Assembly (NCBI GenBank): GCA_001275005.1
Contig: JWZX01002296.1
Span: forward strand, 1 to 36,531
Origin: Chrysochromulina tobinii
Lineage: Eukaryota
Reading direction: 5' to 3'
Length of the DNA: 36,531 nt
Position 1 is the first letter of the stretch. Each line of letters starts with the position of its first letter. The position numbers and the translations under genes were made by a program. The notes beneath the pieces were generated by a model. The model was not told where the DNA came from. It was given only the letters and a program-made list of their open reading frames with translations, and made no database searches. Of this stretch, positions 20,157 to 28,679 are shown piece by piece.

Positions 20157-21527
20157 CTAGTCCGAGGTCATGGGCGCCTCCTTGCGCCAGAACGCCATGC
20201 AGTCAATCGTCTGCAGCGGTGGCGGCCACGACCGCAGGGAAGCGAATATGGGCGTCGTGATGTTTTGTTCTCGTCGAAACTGCAGAATGGCCTGCTGCGA
20301 CTGCAGGATCTTCCAGTCGTCGAACACGACGTATCCGCCGGCCGAGAGGCGCGGGTAGAGCCGCTCCAGGACCTCATACGTCGGTGCAAAGCTATCGGCA
20401 TCCAAGCGCAGCAGCGCAAGCTGACCCACGGACCCTGGAAGCGTCTCGTTGAAGTAGCCCTCGATAAGGTGAACGCCCGCCTCCTCCAAGCTGCGCCGCA
20501 CGCGGTCATCCTCCTTGATGGCCAGATCATGAAACCTTTGCTTGCTCGCGAAGCTCTCGGTTATAGAAGGCATCCGCAAGTTTTCAAGACTCACCCGTCC
20601 GGCCTGGCTGCAAGTGATATTCAAGTGGCACGCCACCGATGCTGCAACCACAGCGGAGGAGAGCATCGGGTCCTTGAACTTGCCCGCCCAGCTGATGCGC
20701 TGCTCGTCCACCGACTGCCTCGACATATTCTTCCTCTCGAAGAGCCGGTCCATATAATCGTCCGGCGGCATACCGGCCCCGAACGCATCGGCAATCCACA
20801 TGCGCCGCCGCTGCGCAGTGGCCCCCGCTGCATGTTGACCGTTGCCGAGCTGGCCGGCGGCGAGCAGCATGGCGGCCATGAAAACGGACGTGCCGCCTCG
20901 AAACACGCCGGCCTCGAGAAAGTCGCCAGATACTCCCTTCTGCAACACATCCGCAACTAGCGGTTCCAGCATGGAGCACCGGCGGTATGCGTCCCACGCT
21001 CCGATGGCTCTCTTGTCGTAAAAGTTGTTGCCGAACGCGCTCATCGATGGCAGACTCGTCTGGCGTCCGACGATCTTGCTCTTCACTCGGTCAAGGTATT
21101 CACGCTGTGACGTGGTCCAGTAGGCGTGAGTCTGAAGGAGTCGGGCAAGTTCGGCCTCCTGCATCGAAACGGCTGTGGGCAGGATGCACTGGTGTCCCTT
21201 GCGGTGGCGAAGTGGTGCGGGCGCTTTGCTCGGATCGCCATCATCTCCTACATAGATACATCCTTGCAACGTGTTCTTCTGAAACATGTTCAGAAATGAT
21301 CGGTCGCCAGGACCAGCGGCAGCATCGTAGTTGATCGCCCGAGAGTCGCGGCATCCACTTGGAGCGGAGCGAGGAGGCGGGGGGGCAGCGATGCCCATCG
21401 CGTGGCAGTCCGATGGCCACCATGTCAGCAAGGCCAGGAAGAGCCAAAGTGCCGGCTCGGGGCTCGTGAACGTTGCACGTGAACGTGATGAGGATTGAGG
21501 AAATACAACAGAAAGATTCAACAGCAT
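20157..21527 (-). CDS. TylF/MycF (macrocin O-methyltransferase)-family protein with N-terminal hydrophobic segment
   Basis: GDFLEAGVFRGG, MWIADAFGAGMP, LIEGYFNETLP, LALLRLDAD, LYPRLSAGGYVVFDDW. First ATG 21527. Confidence 0.85.
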   Translation of the reverse strand: MLLNLSVVFPQSSSRSRATFTSPEPALWLFLALLTWWPSDCHAMGIAAPPPPRSAPSGCRDSRAINYDAAAGPGDRSFLNMFQKNTLQGCIYVGDDGDPSKAPAPLRHRKGHQCILPTAVSMQEAELARLLQTHAYWTTSQREYLDRVKSKIVGRQTSLPSMSAFGNNFYDKRAIGAWDAYRRCSMLEPLVADVLQKGVSGDFLEAGVFRGGTSVFMAAMLLAAGQLGNGQHAAGATAQRRRMWIADAFGAGMPPDDYMDRLFERKNMSRQSVDEQRISWAGKFKDPMLSSAVVAASVACHLNITCSQAGRVSLENLRMPSITESFASKQRFHDLAIKEDDRVRRSLEEAGVHLIEGYFNETLPGSVGQLALLRLDADSFAPTYEVLERLYPRLSAGGYVVFDDWKILQSQQAILQFRREQNITTPIFASLRSWPPPLQTIDCMAFWRKEAPMTSD

Positions 21528-21592
21528 GATGGCACGAAACACACCGTTACGACGCTCCCGCCGCCCGTCCCCCCCCCAAGACCCCCCGTGCT

Positions 21593-21760
21593 CCCCGCGC
21601 GAGGGTCGACCCGAGACGCTCCCGCGGCTGTTAGTTCACAGAGTACAGAGGATGCGTTCTATATACTCAGTTAATACTCTTGATCTGTACTCTGTACAGT
21701 GTACTCTGTGAACTAACAGCCGCGCGGGACGGCGTATCGCGGGTCGACCCGCGCGCGGGG
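21593..21760. repeat. Long inverted repeat / foldback (MITE-like)
   Basis: 21623-21647 is the perfect 25-bp reverse complement of 21700-21724. 21593-21616 pairs with 21737-21760 (2 mismatches). AT-rich spacer between the arms. Confidence 0.9.
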
Positions 21761-22235
21761 ACACCTTGGGGGACACGGGGCCCACGGGAAACCACGGCGG
21801 CACGGGACCACGCTGCTCGCTCAGGGGTGCTGTCGTCGTGTATGCCGCCCATGATCGATGCCGCCCCGCAATGACCGAGTTGTAGTTCACCGCGTCCCCG
21901 TGAGTCCGTCCACAGATGATATCTCGGATATGGGAAGACATGCACGTACGTTCCGCTCTCTCTCATGCCATCACACATGCGCACGGCTTCGGCTAGCCGG
22001 CATGCCATGCACCCACCCCTCGAATTATTCACCATGGAATCACTACTACTCATTTGCAGCAGAAGTACGGAGGAGACTCAGAGTCTCAGACTGTGACTTA
22101 GGGGCACCCCTCTGGATTTTCGAGAGGCGCGCACGTGCAGAGATGCTCAGCAAGTACGTTGCTGCCTATCCAGCGCTCCAGGCTGCCCTCGCTCCGCCTT
22201 GCTCACGCGCGCGGCCGAACCACTCATCGTCCCTC

Positions 22236-23520
22236 TCACTTTTTCTTGAGCAGCCCGCCGAAAAAGTCGACGACTGCGCGCTCGTCCTTAAGCACCTCCC
22301 CCTCGATCGCCACCACGTCCTTTTCGATCTCCTTCTCGAGCACCACCAGCTCGGTACCAACAGTGCTTCCGATCATCTCGATCTCGGCTTCGAGCAGCTT
22401 GACGTCCTTGGTCAGCTCGTTCAGCGCGCCGCTCTCGACCGACTGGATCCCGCCAGCGACCTTCGACTCGACGTAAACGAGGTCCGCCGCGGCCTCTTCG
22501 ATCTTCGACTCGGCCGCGCGGCACGAATTATCGGTGAGTGTGAAGTCGGCAAACTTGAGGCCCACCTTTTGGAGCGCCACGTCCATGTCCTTGGCGTACT
22601 TTTTCGGGAAGACAGGGTCGCGCGTGTAGACAACGGCGCCGCCGTACCCGACCCAGGCGTCGTTCTCGCCGCGATAGTACACGAGCACATACTCCTCGGG
22701 TTTGGCAGCAAGCACGTACCTGAGCAGGGAGGTCAGGAACACTCAGAGTCAATCAGCCGAGCCACGTACCAATCGTCCTGGTAGTGCAGGAACTCGTCGT
22801 CGTGCAATCAAAGGCAATCAGCCGAGCCACGTACCAATCGTCCTGGTAGTGCAGGAACTCGTTGTCGTGGTTGTACAGGATCCCGGGCGACTCCTTATCC
22901 TGCACAAACTCCTGCACGGTGTAGCGCGTGACAAAGTTGGTGCCCGCGACCGGGTCCTTGATCCGCCACTGCAGATTGCCTACCAGCTTGTTGTCCGCGG
23001 GAGACTCAAACTTATGCAGCTGGCAGTCGAACGTGTCGAACGCCTTGTTGTAGCCCGCGGAGATGTACCACGGGCCTGTCAGCATATCGGGCGAGAAGGA
23101 GGCGACGAGTGCCTCCTTTGAGGGCACCGGCCACGAGCCATCGTCCGCGCGCTGCGGCACGCACTTCTTGTCGGTGACGGCGCACTTGGTGAAGTCGCCG
23201 ACCACATCGTTCGAGAAGGCGTCGCCGCAGCGGATCTGGCAGTCGCCCTCGTCGGCACGGCCGGTGCACGTCTGGATGCACAGCAGATTGGCCGCGCACA
23301 CCGGGTTCGCCACGCACTTTGCGAGCGGTATCTGGCAGTTTTTCAGCAGGCACTTGCCGATCGCGGCGCCATCTGTCTTTGCGATCGCCGCAGGTGGCGT
23401 GACGACGGAACTGCCGAGCACGAGCAGCGCGGCGAGCATGCTTCTGGCCGCGCTCGACGCGGAGGACGAGGCGGCAGGGAACGCAGGAGCGTCCCAGCCT
23501 GGGAGCGTGGGCAGGCGCAT
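22236..23520 (-). CDS. VDE: Violaxanthin/diadinoxanthin de-epoxidase (2 exons, ~389 aa; 5' end possibly incomplete)
   Basis: complement(join(22236..22719,22835..23520)). Cys-rich N-domain ([30 protein letters not shown]), lipocalin domain ([50 protein letters not shown]), Glu-rich C-tail, lumen signal ending AIA. Confidence 0.95.
22750..22869. repeat. 55-bp tandem duplication (period 65) spanning the VDE exon1/intron junction
   Basis: 22750-22804 versus 22815-22869, one mismatch. Confidence 0.97.
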
Positions 23521-23732
23521 GACGGTGGTCGGGCCCGATCGATCTGGGCTCGACGAAGATTCGTCGCGAACGCACCACAAACTTTGAAAGAATCTCCCAT
23601 TGAGCTGAGTCTAAGTTTGCGGAGAAAGCGATGTGCGCGCGCTCCGCGACGCTGAGGGTGCTCCAGCACTCGTGCCCGAGTTTCATGAAAAACTGATCAA
23701 GCCTGACAGCCACACGGCCTTGACAGGTCCTC

Positions 23733-23797
23733 GACTTCACTTGACTTCACTTGACTTCACTTGACTTGACGCTTGACTTCACTTGACTTGACGCTTG
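23733..23797. repeat. (ACTTG/ACTTC)n pentamer-based microsatellite in the divergent VDE/NIPA intergenic region
   Basis: gacttcacttgacttcacttgacttcacttgacttgacgcttgacttcacttgacttgacgcttga. Confidence 0.92.
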
Positions 23798-23958
23798 AAT
23801 GAACGCAGAGCTCGCTTGATCCATCTGGACAAAAATTGCGCAGCGACGAATTCTGTGTTCCCAAATTATCTTCGGTTCGGTCCGAGCGGACGTCGCGCTC
23901 GCCATTGTGAGAGAAAAATCCTCCATTTTTTGGGCAAGCGTGAGGCCTCGCATGTCCG

Positions 23959-25257
23959 ATGTCCGAAATCGTCGGCATCGGCATCGCACTCGAAGTGGTG
24001 GCCGGCGTGATGCTCTCGTTTTCGTTGGTGATTCAGCGGCACGCGCTTATCCATCAGGAAAGCGAAGATTCCGGACATCAGGACAACAAAGTGCCACTCG
24101 GCTGCTGTCGCCTTCGGCGATCGCACGCGTGGGCTGCAGGAATAGTCTTTTTCGTCCTCGCGTCGGTCGTGAAAATCGTAGGCTATAACATGGGGCCAAT
24201 CACCGTTCTGGGCTCCGTCTTTGTCGGCGTGGTGCTCGTGACCAACCTCGTACTCGGCCGTTGGCTGCTCCGAGAGGAACTCACGCCTACCAAGGTCGTC
24301 GGCTCGTCGCTCGTGCTCACCGGCGCGGTCATGTGCACTGCTGCCACGCCCTCCGGAGTGCCCACCTCGTTCACCACAGCAGACATGCGGACGCTCTTCG
24401 AGAGAGGTCCGCCCTTCGGCGGCTTCTATCTCGGTATGATTATCGGCATCATCTTGCTCTGCCTCGGCTTCATCGTGGCCGTCGAGAGCACCTACCCGCC
24501 GCCAGATGCATTGAGGCGGAATGAACCGACAACGAATCCTCGCTTCAGCCGCCATTCCTCGCCTTTCAAAGCAGCATTCCGATCAGGTATACGGCGGCCG
24601 TCGTTGCGCCTCCGATTGGTCATGGTCATTGTCTACCCCGGCTCGCTCGGGCTGAACGAGGCTTTCGTGGACGCTTGCGCGCGCGGCTACTCGTCGATGA
24701 TCCTGCGCTGCCTTAGAGAGGAGGAGGGGATGGCGGCATGCAACGACTGGCCGTTGTACCTGATGGTGTGCGTGGGCATCCCTGCTGCGATCGCGACGGG
24801 CTACTGGCTCAAGGTCGTCTTTGCACGCTACCAGACAACCCTTGCTCTGCCGATCGAATACTCGATGCTCAACATCTGTGCCGTCGGGGGCGGCTTGCTC
24901 TTCTACCACGAGGTCGTCTACATGAATCATTGGCAGCTGCCGCTCGTGCTTGCGGGTTGCGGCGTCATGACCCTGGGAGGTTTCATGATCGTCGCTGTCG
25001 GGTTGCGCGAGGAGCTGCGCCCCAAGCGCGGCGCGCGAGTAGGCTCAAGCTTGACTACGCCGCCCGCAATGACCCGCAAAGAGGCGGTCGCTGCGGTCTT
25101 GAAGCTCCAAAATTTCATCCGCCGTCGAAGGCTGCGGCTTGCTTGGTACCAGTTGGTCAACGACCTGCGCGATCGGGAAGATCTCGTCAAGCAGATCGAG
25201 GAAACCAGGCAGCAGCAGAACACCCTCACAAGCTGGCCGGGCTGGCTCTGGGCTTAG
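23959..25257 (+). CDS. NIPA-like (DMT superfamily) Mg2+ transporter with C-terminal IQ-like motif
   Basis: About 9 TM segments; WAAGIVFF, GPITVLGSV, LLREELT, YQTTLALPIEY, GGLLFYHE. Tail AVAAVLKLQNFIRRRRLR. Confidence 0.8.
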   Translation: MSEIVGIGIALEVVAGVMLSFSLVIQRHALIHQESEDSGHQDNKVPLGCCRLRRSHAWAAGIVFFVLASVVKIVGYNMGPITVLGSVFVGVVLVTNLVLGRWLLREELTPTKVVGSSLVLTGAVMCTAATPSGVPTSFTTADMRTLFERGPPFGGFYLGMIIGIILLCLGFIVAVESTYPPPDALRRNEPTTNPRFSRHSSPFKAAFRSGIRRPSLRLRLVMVIVYPGSLGLNEAFVDACARGYSSMILRCLREEEGMAACNDWPLYLMVCVGIPAAIATGYWLKVVFARYQTTLALPIEYSMLNICAVGGGLLFYHEVVYMNHWQLPLVLAGCGVMTLGGFMIVAVGLREELRPKRGARVGSSLTTPPAMTRKEAVAAVLKLQNFIRRRRLRLAWYQLVNDLRDREDLVKQIEETRQQQNTLTSWPGWLWA

Positions 25258-25785
25258 GGTCCCATGCCAGTCGGTTCCTTCGGGCCTATACAGCGGCTAC
25301 ACGAGCAACTATGCGTACGCACTTTAGGCCTTTAGCCTTTACAATCGCATGGTCATCAACATCATCATGCGATTGCGCTCGGCACAGCCAGGGTACAGTA
25401 CAATACCCGGTGGCATGGCATGCATCGTGTAACTCTGAGACCGTTTGACTCCTATACAGTGTCGAGTCACGAGTGTGCATGAACGTTTGACTGTCTGACT
25501 CCGGCATGTCGCACAATTTGTCACAGTCGGAGTGGGTCTTTTTACCACACTCAGTCGGACACTCACTCCCCGCGTTGCACGGCACCTTTTACGGGCGGAG
25601 GCCGGAGTCGTCGGGGACCCCGAGTTTGAGCGGTTTAGACCGTTGATCCGTATGAGAGCGCATGTCTGGTCGCACACCACACCGCCTCGCCATTCACGCA
25701 CGTTGACGAAGAGGCAGCGGGTGCGCGCATAAATCCTCAACGCAACCCCGTCCACGTAAACGCCGGAATCGACGAACCGTAATGC

Positions 25786-26997
25786 ATGCTGGTTCTGATC
25801 ACCCGATCGTTCACCTACCTCGAAATTTTCGTCGCCGACTGCGCACGCAACCGTATGCGCTCCATTCCGGACGTGTACCAGACAGTGCAGAAGGATGAAG
25901 CCGACGCGGGGCCAGATGCAGGGTTGATCCCCGCACCCGATCTTGATCCCGATCCAGCACTTGGCATGTCGTCGCGCGCTCGTAACCTTCGATTGGCTGG
26001 GTTCATGGCCATCGCAGTTCTCCCGGGTTATGCGTTGCTCGCCTTTGAACTGTCTAGGGAACGGATACCACCACCGTACCCTCCGCCTCCACCGCCGCCG
26101 CTACCATCACCGCCTCCACCACCGGCAAGACCTTCACCAATACCTCTTCCTGAGCCGCCATGTCGGCCACCTCCACTCATGCCTTCACCAAAGGTGCCTC
26201 CGCCGCCAGCTGCCCCACCTCGGTTACCGCCACCGAGTCCACCGCTGATGCCACCTCCTTCAGATCCCGTGATCCGAATCGCGCAACGCTACATGCGGAG
26301 CCCGTTTGGCCCATGGCCAATTGATGGGAGCGTGCCCGACGCCGGCCTTCTGATTCACTGCTTTGATGGTCACGATGATGCCGGCTATCGCCCCATCCTA
26401 GGCGGCGGCGTGCATGGGACCACGGATGTGTCGACTTCGATCATCTTCTCAGAGCAATGCATGCTCGATCCCATGGCGGGAGGGCGACGCGCGCCGGGGA
26501 ACTACCTCTTCGACCACGCCTGCCAGCACGGAGGGGTGATCTTCAAGCCCTTCGTGGCTAAGGTACTTTGCGGTAACGCGCAGGACTGTGGGGGCTATTG
26601 CCGTGACTGGTGCCCGACGCCAGAGGATTCCGACCCCAACGGAAGGACATGCAGCGACTCTTGGCGGCCTGCCGATGTGCATACTTACTTACACAGGGAA
26701 ACGACCGCCCGTGCCCGGGGAGGTGGGGTCCGGTGGAACAACCCATACAACGAGTTCGTGATGGATGGCCACAAGGATTGGCTTGAGAAGCTGCCACATG
26801 TCATCGACGCGTTTCTCGTGGGGACCGGTGGGGCGGGCATTCGTGCTCGCGATGCATTCGCAGCCGAGTTTAGGCTGAATCCGGCAGACGTACCGGCGCT
26901 CGCATTTACGTGCGACTGCGAGCACACCCCACTGGTAGCTGATAAAGTCATGCCTTACGATCCGTGCGCGTCGGGTCCATGGTGGATCGGTAAATGA
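25786..26997 (+). CDS. Single-pass membrane protein with Pro-rich stalk and Cys-containing C-terminal globular domain
   Basis: Hydrophobic LAGFMAIAVLPGYALLAF, ~70-aa poly-Pro stalk, then ~240-aa globular domain. The true start may be the later ATG (MRSIPDVY). Confidence 0.75.
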   Translation: MLVLITRSFTYLEIFVADCARNRMRSIPDVYQTVQKDEADAGPDAGLIPAPDLDPDPALGMSSRARNLRLAGFMAIAVLPGYALLAFELSRERIPPPYPPPPPPPLPSPPPPPARPSPIPLPEPPCRPPPLMPSPKVPPPPAAPPRLPPPSPPLMPPPSDPVIRIAQRYMRSPFGPWPIDGSVPDAGLLIHCFDGHDDAGYRPILGGGVHGTTDVSTSIIFSEQCMLDPMAGGRRAPGNYLFDHACQHGGVIFKPFVAKVLCGNAQDCGGYCRDWCPTPEDSDPNGRTCSDSWRPADVHTYLHRETTARARGGGVRWNNPYNEFVMDGHKDWLEKLPHVIDAFLVGTGGAGIRARDAFAAEFRLNPADVPALAFTCDCEHTPLVADKVMPYDPCASGPWWIGK

Positions 26998-27352
26998 TCT
27001 GGGCGTCCGGTGTGTCAAAGCTCAAACGCAACCTCTGGGCAGGCATCTTGGCACTTGGGGTGGTCGTGCTTATACATGTAACCGACAGGTGCGTCGTCGT
27101 CACCTCGCGATCTTTTCTGTTTTTGAATTGAGAAGTCCTAAATGGTATACCGGGAGGCATGGGGGGTCTTCCTGGATTCACACACAATATCCCCACCTCC
27201 TGCTTGAAAACTGGAGCTCACGCCCAAAACAACGCCTCGTCCGTTGAAAGCGCAGACGAGTCTTGAAGGCTGCTCCACCTCTCTGCAGCGGTTCTTGCGC
27301 TGCGGAGCTCGGTCCAGCCGACTCTTGGGGTCACGAGCGAAGCCCCGTCGCG

Positions 27353-28075
27353 ATGGCCTACACGTTCAAAGATGATGGCTCATCATTGACATATTACCGC
27401 GAGTACAACAAGGAGGTTGGCACGGGTGATAAGACGCTCGTCGGCAACTGGGTGGAAGAGCGTGCGCTGCGCGAGGAACTCAAGGGCCCCTCAAGTACGG
27501 GGCGCTACAAGCACTGGGTGAACACCTCAAAGGATCCGCTGGAGAAGCAGAAGACCTTCACCAAGTTCACCACGCGCCCCGATATCGGAGACACGTATCA
27601 GCGCGTGTTTACGCATAGTGAGTACACCCCTCCTTCGGAATACCTCACGTCCAACCAGGTGCCCCCCCCGGGGTACGCGGTGTACGTGAAGAAGGGCCAG
27701 GGTGCACGCACAGCCCTTCTCGAGCAGCGCGCTCGCGAGCTCTCGACGGCGGTCGCACATGCCGATCCAGTGCTCCCGCCGCAGTACCAGACGACGAACA
27801 GGCAGGACTTCGTTCCAAAGGATCTCCCGCCGGGTGAGACGCTGGGCCGGCGCGTCATGATGACGCAGAACATGGTGGACATCAAGGGCGCGGGCGACGG
27901 CCTTTGGCGCAAGGAGGCTCACCTCATCCCGAGCGGGCTGGTTATGGAGTCGACAGGAGCGATGCCTGGCTTCGCCATGACGATGCATGGCTACAAGCCG
28001 CAATACGGCTTTGGAAAGGACGCCAGCTTTTCGACTCCGATAGAGCTCTACCTTAAGGGCGAGGAGAAGGACTAG
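27353..28075 (+). CDS. Axonemal microtubule inner protein with NWE motif (SPAG8/FAP143-like)
   Basis: TLVGNWVEER (NWE motif), YQTTNRQDF, C-terminal FGKDASFSTPI. Strong codon bias. Confidence 0.65.
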   Translation: MAYTFKDDGSSLTYYREYNKEVGTGDKTLVGNWVEERALREELKGPSSTGRYKHWVNTSKDPLEKQKTFTKFTTRPDIGDTYQRVFTHSEYTPPSEYLTSNQVPPPGYAVYVKKGQGARTALLEQRARELSTAVAHADPVLPPQYQTTNRQDFVPKDLPPGETLGRRVMMTQNMVDIKGAGDGLWRKEAHLIPSGLVMESTGAMPGFAMTMHGYKPQYGFGKDASFSTPIELYLKGEEKD

Positions 28076-28679
28076 CCGGCGAGCGGACGGCGCGCTCGAG
28101 GCTGGAGGACCGTTGGCTCGGAGCACGGAGGGGCGGGTACCGACCTGCGCTTGTCATGAACATCACGCCTCTCTCACGCCTCTCGGCATGCGGGTTCGAT
28201 GACACTGAGGCCGGACGAGCGCTAAACGCGTCTGACATTGCTAAGTACAACTTCCCAGTAGAGTTCCTTGCCGGTGTGGGGCGCAAAATTTCGGCCAGAT
28301 TCGAGATTGAGATGCAGGTTTACTCCCAGTTTAGCTTGAGAGAGCAGAGTCGAGAGTGCATCGCCTTTTCAGTTTTCTTGACGTGCATGCTTGTGTGGCT
28401 TTCGGCTACGCCTTACGGTGTGTGGTAAGATATCCTCGAGGTTCGGCTCCGACGCTGCGTTCAGCGTTGCTCCTGCACAAGTCCCGAGGGCACACCGACG
28501 CAATCTCCAGGTCGCTCTGGCTGCGTTCCCCCTGCCATTTAGAAACCTACGGGATCATGATCGCGGCGTGTGTTAGAAAACTCTTAGGTTCACATTCACA
28601 TTCACTCTTGAGGGGTGAGATTTATGTGATGTCGCCCGCGTGTCGGCCAACGCGCCCGTGATAGAAGTACCTGTGTGTG

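Noticed and set aside
1963..21527. Four methyltransferases as one biosynthetic gene cluster
   Set aside because: They belong to unrelated families, are interspersed with housekeeping genes, and no PKS/NRPS or glycosyltransferase core is present in the window.
21858..22235. Separate gene from ORF 21858-22784 and small ORFs in 9102-9606, 13340-13685 and 28156-28661
   Set aside because: No coding-like codon bias or motifs. The long one is mostly antisense to VDE exon 2.
25342..25375. 10-bp hairpin caatcgcatg...catgcgattg as a terminator or pre-miRNA
   Set aside because: Too short for a pre-miRNA, and intrinsic terminators do not apply to Pol II genes.
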